A stretch of DNA of 64,000 nt from positions 23,189 to 87,188 of the forward strand of contig CAJXLM010000004.1 of the NCBI GenBank assembly GCA_913056175.1, read 5' to 3'. Below the pieces are notes generated by a model. It ran no database searches. It was not told where the DNA came from and saw only the letters and a list, made by a program, of their open reading frames with translations. A program made the position numbers and the translations under genes. This document shows, one piece after another, positions 36,313 through 45,290 of the stretch. How positions within the stretch are numbered: the stretch's first letter is position 1; the number at the start of each line of letters is the position of its first letter. This DNA is from an uncultured Opitutia bacterium. Its GTDB lineage: Bacteria > Verrucomicrobiota > Verrucomicrobiia > Opitutales > Puniceicoccaceae.

Positions 36313-37203
36313 TCACCGCCTCTCCCCCGCCCGCAGCACTGGCTCGGCGTGCAGGCGGTTGGTCAGGGCGACCTCGCGGTTGTACCCTCCCCCGTAGACG
36401 ATGGCGAGGGGCACCTGCCAGGAGCGGACGAGGTCGAGGACGAAGCGGTTGCGGGACTCGATGGCCTCCCGGTCGAGGCAGAGCTGGCCAAAACGGTCGT
36501 CCCGGTGGACATCGGCACCGGCCACCCAGAAGACGAGGTCGGGCTCGAAAGCGAGGAAGGCCGTCTCGAGGGTGCGGCGGAGGGCGTCGAGATAGGTGGG
36601 ACCGTCCGCGTACCGCTCGAGGGGCACGTCGCAATCCCCGGGCACCTTGCGGGCGGGGAAATTGCGGCCCACGTGGATGGAGTAGGTGAAGACGCGGGGA
36701 TCGGTGGAGAAGAGGGCGTGCGTGCCGTCTCCCTGGTGGGCATCCGTGTCCAGCACGAACACGAAGAGGTCCGGATGCTCGACCCGGAGGGCGCGGAGGG
36801 CCACGGCCACGTCGTTGAAGAGGCAGAATCCGGAGGCGCGGTCCGCCGCGGCGTGGTGGGTGCCCCCGCCGAGATTGGCGGCGATGCCCTCGGCGAGGGC
36901 GGCGCGCCCCGCCTGGAGGGTCCCCCCGCACTCGCTCGCGCACCGTGCGAAGAGGCGCGGGTCCGCGGGCAGGCCCATCCGGGTCCGCTCCGAGCCGACC
37001 CACGCGTGGGTGCGCACCTTCTCGAGGTAGGCGGGGGTGTGCACGCGGGCGAGCTGGCCGGGCGTGACCGGCTCCGCTGGCCTCAGGGTGATGCCCCGCC
37101 CCTCCCGGGCCACGATGGCGTGCCCGCCCGGGAACTTCTCCATCTGGAAGGGGTGGCCCTCGGGGAGGGGAAAGTAGTAGTCGCGGTGGTAGAAGGCCTG
37201 CAC
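36313..37203 (-). CDS. histone deacetylase-family (arginase-fold) deacetylase
   Basis: GGGTHHAAADRASGFCLFND and VLDTDAHQGDGT zinc/catalytic motifs. 296 aa. Confidence 0.9.
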   Translation of the reverse strand: MQAFYHRDYYFPLPEGHPFQMEKFPGGHAIVAREGRGITLRPAEPVTPGQLARVHTPAYLEKVRTHAWVGSERTRMGLPADPRLFARCASECGGTLQAGRAALAEGIAANLGGGTHHAAADRASGFCLFNDVAVALRALRVEHPDLFVFVLDTDAHQGDGTHALFSTDPRVFTYSIHVGRNFPARKVPGDCDVPLERYADGPTYLDALRRTLETAFLAFEPDLVFWVAGADVHRDDRFGQLCLDREAIESRNRFVLDLVRSWQVPLAIVYGGGYNREVALTNRLHAEPVLRAGERR

Positions 37204-37302
37204 GGTGCGATCCTACCGGAAGCGGCCCCCGGCAGCCAGCGGTGCCCGGACTTTCCCTTGTTGACCCGCACCGCCCGCGGACCGATCGTTTTTCCTTTTT
37301 CC

Positions 37303-38604
37303 ATGGATGTAGCCATTCTGACGGGAGCGGACAGCCGCATCGGGCAAACCGTGGCCCGCACACTCCTGCGTATGGGCTTCCGGGTGCACGCCGTGGGCGC
37401 GCGTCCCGACCCGACCGGATTCGATGAGCGGTACTACCGGGTGCACGCCTGTGCGCCCGGCAAGCTGGCCGAGTGGAAGAGGACGCTCGAGGCGATCCTC
37501 GAGGAGGAGGACCAGCGGGTCGACCTCCTCCTTACCCTCGGTGGGATCGAGTTGACCTCCGGCTGGGACGAGGAAAGCGCCGAGGGCCTCGTGCGCCGCC
37601 TGCACGGCTGCCTCACCGAGCCTCTCCTCGCCGCCCAGGTCTGCCTGCCGGCCCTGCTTCGCCACAAGGGCTTCCTCCTGCACGGCCACCGCCGCCGCAT
37701 CGACGAGGAGCTCCGGTTCGAGCCCGGATTCTTCGAGGACTCCCTGCGCACCGCCTACGAGGACCTCTTTCGCCGCCGGGCGGCGGAGGGCCTGCGCACG
37801 GCCCGGGTGCTCTTCGCCTTTCCCGCCGAGGGAGGGGTCGCCTCCGTGGAGAGCGATCTCGCCGAAGCGGTCGCGGAAGCCTTCGAGGTCATCCTCCGCC
37901 AGAAGGAGACCTGCGTGGTCCGGGAGCTGGAGCTTTCCCCCCGCGGGGTCCGCCCCGGCCGCCTCTTCCCGGACCTCGTCCCGGGCGTGGACCCCTACGA
38001 GGAGACCGTGCTGCCCCGCCCGGAAAACGCGGCCCCCGGGGAACGCGAGACGATCCTCATCCCGACCGAGAAACCCCGCCACTACGTGCAGATCGCCGAG
38101 GTGGAGGAAGTGCCTGCGGAGGGGAGCGCCGATTCCTCCTCCGGCAGCCGGAACCGCCGGCGGTCCTCCCGCTCCCGGGGTCGCTCCCGCCGGAAGAATC
38201 CGTCGGCGGAGGCCGAGGCGTCCGGCGGGGTCGACTCCCCACCGGAGCCCGGCGAGGCACCGTCGGCGGCGGAGGACTCCGGCGAGGCGCCGCCGGGTCC
38301 CTCCCACGAGGGGCCGGATCCCGCGGCGGAGGCAACTCCTCCGGCGGAGTCCCCGAAACCGGCGGAGTCCCCGACCGACGGTGCGGACCGTGCGGGTTCC
38401 TCCGGGGAAGCGGCCGCCCCCGCCGCGAAGAAGGCGGCGAAAAAGACGGCGAAGAAGGCGGCCCGGAAGACGGCCGCCAAGAAGACGGCGGCGAGGAAAA
38501 CCGCGCGCAAGAGCTCCGCCCGGAAGGCGGCCCCGGAGGCGCCCCCGCCTGCCTCCGGGGCGGAGGAGGCTTCCCCGGGGGAAACGAGCGGAGGCGAATC
38601 GTGA
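37303..38604 (+). CDS. atypical SDR-like Rossmann protein with a long disordered RS-rich / acidic / histone-H1-like Lys-Ala-rich tail
   Basis: N-terminus VAILTGADSRIGQTVARTLLRMGFRVHAV (TGxxxxIG). I could not find a YxxxK catalytic pair. The tail contains SRNRRRSSRSRGRSRRK, then PE/PA-rich acidic repeats, then AAKKAAKKTAKKAARKTAAKKTAARKTARKSSARKAA (nt ~38422-38532). Confidence 0.7.
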   Translation: MDVAILTGADSRIGQTVARTLLRMGFRVHAVGARPDPTGFDERYYRVHACAPGKLAEWKRTLEAILEEEDQRVDLLLTLGGIELTSGWDEESAEGLVRRLHGCLTEPLLAAQVCLPALLRHKGFLLHGHRRRIDEELRFEPGFFEDSLRTAYEDLFRRRAAEGLRTARVLFAFPAEGGVASVESDLAEAVAEAFEVILRQKETCVVRELELSPRGVRPGRLFPDLVPGVDPYEETVLPRPENAAPGERETILIPTEKPRHYVQIAEVEEVPAEGSADSSSGSRNRRRSSRSRGRSRRKNPSAEAEASGGVDSPPEPGEAPSAAEDSGEAPPGPSHEGPDPAAEATPPAESPKPAESPTDGADRAGSSGEAAAPAAKKAAKKTAKKAARKTAAKKTAARKTARKSSARKAAPEAPPPASGAEEASPGETSGGES

Positions 38605-40001
38605 ACCGCGTCTACATCAAGACCTACGGCTGCCAGATGAACGAGCGCGACTCGGAGGCGGTGGCCGAACTCCTCCGCCAACGCGGCTACAGCATCGTTT
38701 CCCACGAGGACGAGGCGGATACCGTGCTCCTGAATACCTGCAGCGTGCGCGACCAGGCCGAGCAAAAGGCCCTCGGCAAGGCCGGCCACCTCCGCCGGAA
38801 GCGGCGGGAGAACCCCAACTTCATTCTCGGGATCATGGGCTGCATGGCCCAGAACCGGGGCCGCGAACTGCTGGACCGCCTGCCCGACCTCGACCTCGTG
38901 GTGGGCACCCAGAAGTTCCACCGGGTCCCCGACCATCTCGACGCGATCGTGGCTTCCCTCGACGGGCAGGGCCCCCGGCCGGCCACGGTCCTCGACCTCG
39001 AGGAGGAGGACGGCTCGCAGAACGAGATCCGCCACCACGCTCCCGGCGAGGCCCCCGTCTCCGCCTTCGTCTCCATCATGCAGGGCTGCAACATGCGCTG
39101 CAGCTTCTGCATCGTCCCGAAGACCCGCGGGGAGGAACGCTGCCGGCCGATGGAGGACATTCTCGCGGAGATCCGCGACCTCGCCGCCCGCGGCACCCGG
39201 GAGGTTACCCTCCTCGGCCAGATCGTGACGAGCTACGGCCAGCGGGAGATCCCCCGCCGGGACGGCAAGGGCGGCTTCGTGCAACTGCTCGAGGCGATCG
39301 AGGACATCGACGGGATTGAGCGCGTCCGCTTCACCTCCCCGCACCCCCGCGGCTTCCGCAGCGACCTCGTGGAGGCCTACGGACGCCTCCCCAAGCTCTG
39401 CGAGTATGTCCACCTCCCCCTGCAGAGCGGTTCCGACCGGATCCTCCGCGCCATGAAGCGCCCCTACACGGTGGACCGCTACCGGCGGATCGTGGACGCG
39501 CTGCGGGACCGGGTGCCGGACATCGCCCTCTCCACGGATGTGATCGTCGGCTTCCCCGGGGAGACGGAGGAGGACTTCGAGGCGACCCGGGCTCTCTTCG
39601 AGGAGCTCCGCTTCGACATGGCCTTCCTCTTCAAGTACAGCCCGCGCTCCGGGACGCCCGCGGCCGCCATGGAGGACCAGGTACCCCGCGAGGAAAAGGA
39701 GCGGCGCAACCAGGTGCTCCTGGAGATCCTCGGGCGGCACTCCCGGGCCCGCAACGAGTCGCTCGTCGGCACGACCCAGGAGGTCCTCGTGGAGGGTCCC
39801 GCCCGCCGCGGGGAGGGCCAGTACATGGGCCGCACCCGCACCCACCGCAAGGTCGTCTTCCCGGGGCGCCCGCGCCTGGTCGGCCAGCTCCTTCCCGTCC
39901 TCGTGGAGAGCGCCAGCGTCAGCACCCTCTCCGGCACGCCGGATCTCACCGCGCTCCGGGAGTCCCCCGGGGCGGGGGCGGGCACCGCCCTCTCCGCATG
40001 A
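38601..40001 (+). CDS. miaB: tRNA-2-methylthio-N6-dimethylallyladenosine synthase
   Basis: The GTG at 38601 overlaps the upstream stop (GTGA). YIKTYGCQMNERDSE...LNTCSVR (UPF0004 cluster) and radical-SAM CNMRCSFC, followed by a TRAM-like C-terminus. Confidence 0.95.
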   Translation: MNRVYIKTYGCQMNERDSEAVAELLRQRGYSIVSHEDEADTVLLNTCSVRDQAEQKALGKAGHLRRKRRENPNFILGIMGCMAQNRGRELLDRLPDLDLVVGTQKFHRVPDHLDAIVASLDGQGPRPATVLDLEEEDGSQNEIRHHAPGEAPVSAFVSIMQGCNMRCSFCIVPKTRGEERCRPMEDILAEIRDLAARGTREVTLLGQIVTSYGQREIPRRDGKGGFVQLLEAIEDIDGIERVRFTSPHPRGFRSDLVEAYGRLPKLCEYVHLPLQSGSDRILRAMKRPYTVDRYRRIVDALRDRVPDIALSTDVIVGFPGETEEDFEATRALFEELRFDMAFLFKYSPRSGTPAAAMEDQVPREEKERRNQVLLEILGRHSRARNESLVGTTQEVLVEGPARRGEGQYMGRTRTHRKVVFPGRPRLVGQLLPVLVESASVSTLSGTPDLTALRESPGAGAGTALSA

Positions 40002-40549
40002 GCCTCGTCGCCGCCTGCCTGCTCACGGGTCTCGCCCTGCTGGGGTTCGGCAGTTTCCTCTCGCTGGGCAGCCCGGGTTTCTTCCGCGCCCTCGAGCGCT
40101 TTCCCCGCTCCCGTACGGCCACCCTCATCCTCTTCGGCCTGGCGACGGTGCTGGTCCTCTACGAGGTCACCCAGCTCGGGGAGGCCGACTTCGGCCGTTA
40201 CCGTTGGTGGCTCTTCGCCTTCTTCGCGGCGCTCGCCGGCGGGGCCTGGTTTCTCGTCCCGGATTTCCTCGGGATCCGCGGCCTCGCCGTGCTCCTCCTG
40301 CTCATCGCCGCCGAGCTGCTCCGCGCCGCCTATCTGGAGCCGCCCACCAGCCGGCTCTTCCTCGTCGGCTTCGTCTATTTCGTGATTCTCGCCGCCCTCT
40401 ACCTCGCGGCGGTGCCCTACCGCTTTCGCGACGGGGTGGAGGGGCTCCGCGCCCGCCCGGTCCTCCGCCGGGTCCTCGGGACCTTCACGGCCCTCTACGG
40501 GGTGGGCCTCTGCGTCCTCCCCCTTTCCTTCGGCGCGACCTCCCCGTGA
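39998..40549 (+). CDS. hypothetical polytopic membrane protein
   Basis: 183 aa with ~5 hydrophobic segments. Translationally coupled on both sides: ATGA with miaB and GTGA with gmk. I recognise no family. Confidence 0.5.
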   Translation: MSLVAACLLTGLALLGFGSFLSLGSPGFFRALERFPRSRTATLILFGLATVLVLYEVTQLGEADFGRYRWWLFAFFAALAGGAWFLVPDFLGIRGLAVLLLLIAAELLRAAYLEPPTSRLFLVGFVYFVILAALYLAAVPYRFRDGVEGLRARPVLRRVLGTFTALYGVGLCVLPLSFGATSP

Positions 40550-41148
40550 CCGCGAAGAACCCCCTCCTCCTCCTCCTCTCCGGTCCGGCGGGCAGCGGGA
40601 AGACCACTCTCGGCGAGAATCTGCTCGCGGCGGAGCCCTCCCTGCAACGGGTGGTCACGGCCACCACCCGGGACCCCCGCCCGGGGGAGCGCGACGGCGA
40701 GGACTACCACTTTCTCTCCCCGGACGAGTTCGCGGCGCTCCGGGCGCGGGGCGGCTTCCTCGAGACCGCCAGCGTGCACGGCCGTTCCTACGGCACCCCG
40801 GAGGCAGGGGTCCGCGCGGCGCTCGCCGCCGGGCGCGACGCCCTCCTCATCATCGACGTGCAGGGGATGCGCCAGGTCCGCGCGGCGGCCGCCGGAAAGG
40901 ACTGGTTGCGCGGCCGGGTGGTCACGGTCTTCCTCGCCCCGCCGGACCCGGAGGAGCTGCGCCGTCGGTTGCAGGAGCGGGGCACCGATGATTCCGCCGA
41001 GGTCGAGCGCCGCCTGGAAACGGCCCGGGCCGAGCGGGCGGCGGCCCCGGAATTCGACTACGTGCGCCGGAGCGGCAGCCGCGAGGAGGACCTCCGGTGG
41101 ATGCGTGCGCTCCTCACCACCCTCCACCGCGAGGTCACCGGCACCTAG
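40546..41148 (+). CDS. gmk: guanylate kinase
   Basis: P-loop SGPAGSGKTTL and TTRDPRPGERDGEDYHF. 200 aa from GTG 40546. Confidence 0.92.
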   Translation: MTAKNPLLLLLSGPAGSGKTTLGENLLAAEPSLQRVVTATTRDPRPGERDGEDYHFLSPDEFAALRARGGFLETASVHGRSYGTPEAGVRAALAAGRDALLIIDVQGMRQVRAAAAGKDWLRGRVVTVFLAPPDPEELRRRLQERGTDDSAEVERRLETARAERAAAPEFDYVRRSGSREEDLRWMRALLTTLHREVTGT

Positions 41149-41164
41149 GCGGGACGGCCCGCCC

Positions 41165-42988
41165 TCAGGCCCGCAGGTCCCACACGAGGGGCACGAGGAG
41201 CACGGTCCCGACCCAGTAGAAGAGGTTCAAGGGCACCCCGATGCGCGCAAAATCGGTGAAGCGGTAGGCCCCGACCCCGTAGACGAGGGTGTTCGTCTGG
41301 TAGCCGATGGGTGTGGAGAAGCTCGCCGAGGCCGCGATGCAGGCGGCCACGGTGTAGGGGCGGGGGTCGAGGCCGAGGCTCACGGTGAGGCTGACCACGA
41401 TGGGCACGATGAGCACGATGGTCGCGTTGTTGGAGAGGAGTTCGGTGAGGAGGGAGGTGGTCAGGTAGAGGAGGGCGAGGAGGAGAAGGGGCTGCCAGGC
41501 AGGCGTGGCCACGCTCTCCACGAGATGGCCGACCCCGGAGGCGATGAGGGCGGTGCCCCCGCTGCTCTGCAGGGCCATGCCCAGGCCGAGCATGCCGTAG
41601 ATGAGCACGAGGATCTTCCACTCGACGGCCCGGTAGCCGTCGGCGGGCTTGAGGACCCGGGTGCCGAAGAGGACGGCCACCCCGAGGAGGGTGGCCACGG
41701 CGATCGGGGTGATCTCGAGCGTGGCGAGGAGGACCACGCCGACAAGGGTCCCGAGGGCGGTCCATGCCTTGCCGCGGGTGGCCTCGGGGGGCGCCGGGGC
41801 CCGGTCGAGGAGGACGAGCTCGCGGCTGGTCCGCAGCGACTCGAGGGCCTCCTCCGGACCGAGGAGGAGGAGGGTGTCCCCGGGCAGGAGGACGGTCTGC
41901 TCGAAGCCGCGCCGCAGGTTCTTGCCCTCCCGGTGGATGGCCAGCACGAGGGTGCGGTAGCGCTGGCGGAGGTTCAGGTCCGCCGGGGTCCTCCCGATGG
42001 CTCCGGAATTGGGGGCCACCATGGCCTCCACGATGGAGGCCTGCCGCTGCGCGATGGGCTCGAGGGCGGTGTCGTCCTCCGAGGAGAAGAGGACGCCGTC
42101 GAGGGGGGCCGCCTTCTCCATGCCGGAGGGACGACAGGCCAGTACGATCCGGTCCCCCTCTTCGAGGACGACCTCGCGGAGCTCCCCGGGCACGGGGAAG
42201 CCCCGCCGGATGATCTCCACGAGCCGCATGCCGGGCTGGCGGAGGATGCGGGTTTCCTTGACGGTCTTTCCGGCGAGGGGAGAGTCCCGCCGGACAAAGG
42301 CTTCCGCGATGTACTCGGTGCGGGCCTCCTCGGGGAGGAGGGAGCCGAGAGTTTCGCGGCGGGGAAGGAGGCGGTCCCCGAAGACGGCGAGGTAGACCCC
42401 GCCCCCGAGGGCAAGGGGCGCCGCCACCAGGGCGAAGGAGAACATCCCGAGGGGGGGGTGGCCCGCCTCGGCCAGAAGGGAGGAGCCGAGGATGTTCGTG
42501 CTGGTCCCCATGAGCGTGCAGGCGCCCCCGAAAATGGAGGCGTAGGAGAGGGGGAGGAGCAGCTTCGAGCCGGGCACGCCGAGATCCTTGCTCAGGCCGA
42601 GAAGGACGGGGATGAGGATGACGACGACCGGGGTGTTGTTGATGAAGGCGGAGACGAGTGCGACGGGCAGGACGAGCAGGAGGAGGAAGCGCCGGTAGCC
42701 GTAGCGGGTGGTCCGGCGCAGGAACCCGGTGAGGAGGGCGATCACCCCGGTGCGCTCCAGGCCCGCGCTGAGGATGAACATGCAGGCCACGGTGAGGGGG
42801 GCCGGGTTCGCAAAGACGGAGAAGAGGTCGCCGAGGGCGGGTAGGCGGGAGTCCGGGAAGAGGGCGGAGCCGGCGGCGAGCAGTCCGAAGACGGTAAGGG
42901 CGGTGAGGTCCGCCGGGACTTTTTCCCGCACGAAACTCACCACCGCTCCCCCGAGCAGGAGGAGGACAAAGAGCAGTTCCCCGTTCAT
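41165..42988 (-). CDS. SLC13/DASS-family permease with two central TrkA_C (RCK_C) domains
   Basis: 607 aa. Polytopic halves flank a soluble insert with ...GKTVKETRILRQPGMRLVEIIRRG...LEEGDRIVL... and ...GRTPADLNLRQRYRTLVLAIHREG...LLPGDTLLLLG, which are RCK_C-like. Confidence 0.85.
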   Translation of the reverse strand: MNGELLFVLLLLGGAVVSFVREKVPADLTALTVFGLLAAGSALFPDSRLPALGDLFSVFANPAPLTVACMFILSAGLERTGVIALLTGFLRRTTRYGYRRFLLLLVLPVALVSAFINNTPVVVILIPVLLGLSKDLGVPGSKLLLPLSYASIFGGACTLMGTSTNILGSSLLAEAGHPPLGMFSFALVAAPLALGGGVYLAVFGDRLLPRRETLGSLLPEEARTEYIAEAFVRRDSPLAGKTVKETRILRQPGMRLVEIIRRGFPVPGELREVVLEEGDRIVLACRPSGMEKAAPLDGVLFSSEDDTALEPIAQRQASIVEAMVAPNSGAIGRTPADLNLRQRYRTLVLAIHREGKNLRRGFEQTVLLPGDTLLLLGPEEALESLRTSRELVLLDRAPAPPEATRGKAWTALGTLVGVVLLATLEITPIAVATLLGVAVLFGTRVLKPADGYRAVEWKILVLIYGMLGLGMALQSSGGTALIASGVGHLVESVATPAWQPLLLLALLYLTTSLLTELLSNNATIVLIVPIVVSLTVSLGLDPRPYTVAACIAASASFSTPIGYQTNTLVYGVGAYRFTDFARIGVPLNLFYWVGTVLLVPLVWDLRA

Positions 42989-43051
42989 GAGACGGGCGCG
43001 AAGGTGGGGACGCCGGCTGCGGGTGGCAATCCCTCCCGGTCGCTGCTCCCC

Positions 43052-44002
43052 TCAGGAGACCCCGTCGGCGGGCTGGGAGGCCGCTTCCTTCTCCGCCTCG
43101 GCGGCGGTCTGGCCCTGGCGGGGCGCCCGGCCGCCGAGCAACTCCACGAAGCGGCGCATCGCCGGGGTGAGCACACGGTCCTTGCGGTAGAGGAGGGCGA
43201 TGGGGCGGCGGTGCTCGATGTCGCGGAAGGGGATCGAGCTGAGCAGGCCGTTCCGCTCCTCGTGCTCGACGGTGGCCTCGGGCAGGACGGCCAGTCCGGC
43301 CCCGATCTCTACGGCGCGCTTCACGGTCTCAATGTTGTCGAAGACCATCTTCGGCTCCACCCGTACCCCGACTTCCGCGAGGATCCTGTCGGTGGCCTGG
43401 CGGGTCGGGATGTCCGGGTCGAAGCCGACGAGGTCGTGGTCGGCCAGCTCCCGGGGGTCGAGGTCCGCACGCGCGGCGAGGGGATGGCCGGCCTGCGCCA
43501 CTACCACGAGACGGTCGTGCTGGAAGGGCACGATCTCCAGCTCGGGACGGGCCTCGGGATAGGCCACGAGGCCAAGGTCGACCGCGTTGTTCTGCAGGTC
43601 CTCGTAGACGTGGTTGGAACGGCGGTACTCGACATGGATGTTCACATCGGGGTACTCCTGCATGAACCGCTTCAGATAGGAGGGGAGTTCGTGCAGACCG
43701 ACACTGTAGATGGTCGCCAGCCGGACGGTGCCGCTGACCACGTTGCGCAACTCCTCGATGTCCGCGCAGAGGGTATTGTACGAGTGGAGAATCTCCCGCG
43801 CGGTGTCGTAGAGGCGCTGCCCTTCCGGCGTGAGCCGGAACTGCTTCTGGCTGCGGTCAATGATGAGCGCCTCGAAACGCCTCTCCATCGATCGCAGTTG
43901 CTGGCTGACCGCGGATTGGGTTATCCCGTTCATACGGGCCGCCTGGGAGAAGCTCTTGCTCTCCACGAGGTCGAGGAAGACTTGTAGATTTTCAATATGC
44001 AT
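43052..44002 (-). CDS. LysR-family transcriptional regulator
   Basis: N-terminal wHTH LQVFLDLVESKSFSQAARMNGITQSAVSQQLRSMERRF plus a LysR substrate-binding domain. 316 aa. Confidence 0.92.
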   Translation of the reverse strand: MHIENLQVFLDLVESKSFSQAARMNGITQSAVSQQLRSMERRFEALIIDRSQKQFRLTPEGQRLYDTAREILHSYNTLCADIEELRNVVSGTVRLATIYSVGLHELPSYLKRFMQEYPDVNIHVEYRRSNHVYEDLQNNAVDLGLVAYPEARPELEIVPFQHDRLVVVAQAGHPLAARADLDPRELADHDLVGFDPDIPTRQATDRILAEVGVRVEPKMVFDNIETVKRAVEIGAGLAVLPEATVEHEERNGLLSSIPFRDIEHRRPIALLYRKDRVLTPAMRRFVELLGGRAPRQGQTAAEAEKEAASQPADGVS

Positions 44003-44031
44003 GGGGCTTTTGGCTTGGGGGCTTTCACGTT

Positions 44032-44047
44032 TAGATAGACTTATCTA
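44032..44047. promoter_or_regulatory. palindrome TAGATA-GACT-TATCTA (candidate LysR-type operator)
   Basis: Read directly from the sequence, in the 53-nt AT-rich divergent intergenic region between the LysR gene (start 44002) and yggS (start 44056). It contains an ATAG-N6-CTAT core. Confidence 0.35.
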
Positions 44048-44055
44048 TTCCACGG

Positions 44056-44760
44056 ATGAATACAGGACGCAAACAATTTTCGGAAAATCTCGCACGGGTT
44101 CGTAAACGGATCGCGGCAGCGGCCCGGGCCGCGGGCCGCGATCCCGCCACGATCCGGCTTCTCCCCGTCACCAAGACCCAACCCCCCGAGGTCCTCGACT
44201 GGATCCGCGCGGAGGGTCTCGGTGCCGTCGGGGAGAACCGGGTGCAGGAAGCCCTCGGGAAACGGGGGGAAGCGGCGGACCGGCACGGCCTGCGCTGGGA
44301 GCTGATCGGCCACCTGCAGTCCAACAAGGCGGCGCTGGCGGTGGCCCACTTCGACCGCATCCAGTCCGTCGACAGCCTACGCCTGGCCCGTCGCCTCGAC
44401 CGCCTCGCCGCGGAGGAGGGCCGCGTGCTTCCGGTCCTGCTCCAGGTGAATACGGGGGGAGATCCCCGGAAGTACGGGTGGAGTCCGGAGGGACTCCGCG
44501 CGGACCTGGAGGAGCTCCTCGCCATGCAGGCCCTGGGCGTGGAGGGGTTCATGACGATCGGTCCCCTCGAGGGGGGGCGGGAGGCCGCCCGCCCCGCGTT
44601 CGCCCGGCTGCGCGCACTGGCCGTGGAGTTGCGCGAGGCAACGGGACTTCCGTTGGCGGAGCTGTCCATGGGCATGAGCGGGGACCTCGAGGAGGCGGTG
44701 GCCGAGGGGTCCACCCTGGTCCGGATCGGATCCGACCTCTTCGGGCCGCGCGATCCCTGA
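44056..44760 (+). CDS. yggS: YggS-family pyridoxal-phosphate homeostasis protein
   Basis: LLPVTKTQP (PLP lysine), GENRVQE, HLIGHLQSNK, and SMGMSGD near the C-terminus. Confidence 0.9.
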   Translation: MNTGRKQFSENLARVRKRIAAAARAAGRDPATIRLLPVTKTQPPEVLDWIRAEGLGAVGENRVQEALGKRGEAADRHGLRWELIGHLQSNKAALAVAHFDRIQSVDSLRLARRLDRLAAEEGRVLPVLLQVNTGGDPRKYGWSPEGLRADLEELLAMQALGVEGFMTIGPLEGGREAARPAFARLRALAVELREATGLPLAELSMGMSGDLEEAVAEGSTLVRIGSDLFGPRDP

Positions 44761-44858
44761 ACCAAAAGTTGCAAAAAAAGGTTGCAAGATGCGGGAAAGA
44801 GGTGATCGTATGGTTGCCTGAAAATCCAAACAGCATTCCCCCAAGGAAAGGATCCATC

Positions 44859-45200
44859 ATGAACCAAACCGTTCTCACCGGTCATCTCACCGCGGACGTG
44901 GAGACCCGCACCGTCGGCCAGCCCGCCAAGCACTTGAGCAAGTTCACCCTGGCCGTCCAGCAGAGGGAACAGGCGCACTTCTTTCCGGTGGTCGTCTGGA
45001 ACATGGAGCACCTCAGCGACCACCTCCGGAAGGGTTCCCGGGTGGCCATTGTCGGCAACCTGCGCCAGGAGAACTGGACGACCAAGGCGGGCGAGAAGCG
45101 CCAGCAGGTGACCGTCGTCGCCTACCAGGTGGAGTTCCTCGACAAGCGCTCCGGGGAATCCGGGGACGGGAAGCCCGGCGGTAGGGTGGTCGCGGCCTGA
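44859..45200 (+). CDS. single-stranded DNA-binding protein-like OB-fold protein (short, no acidic C-terminal tip)
   Basis: MNQTVLTGHLTADVETRTVGQPAKHLSKFTLAV...FFPVVVWNMEHLSDHLRKGSRVAIVGNLRQENWTTKAGEKRQQVTVVAYQVEFL is a classic SSB OB-fold pattern. 113 aa, ending ...GKPGGRVVAA. Confidence 0.8.
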   Translation: MNQTVLTGHLTADVETRTVGQPAKHLSKFTLAVQQREQAHFFPVVVWNMEHLSDHLRKGSRVAIVGNLRQENWTTKAGEKRQQVTVVAYQVEFLDKRSGESGDGKPGGRVVAA

Positions 45201-45204
45201 CGGC

Positions 45205-45248
45205 GGCCGGGGCAGCCGTCCCGCGGGGCGGGGCGGCTCTTCCCGGCC
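45205..45248. terminator. GC-rich compound hairpin between convergent genes
   Basis: GGCCGGG/CCCGGCC outer stem, AGCCG/CGGCT and CCCGC/GCGGG inner stems, 3-nt loop. No U-tract on either strand, so intrinsic-terminator function is uncertain. Confidence 0.3.
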
Positions 45249-45290
45249 GGATTCCCCCGCGGGGGGGCGTTCCCCGGACCCCGCGGCGGG

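Noticed and set aside
37204-37302. Putative promoter TTGACC-N17-GATCGT in the HDAC / SDR-like divergent region.
   Set aside because: The -10 element is very poor, and several equally weak alternatives exist. The evidence is not enough to annotate it.
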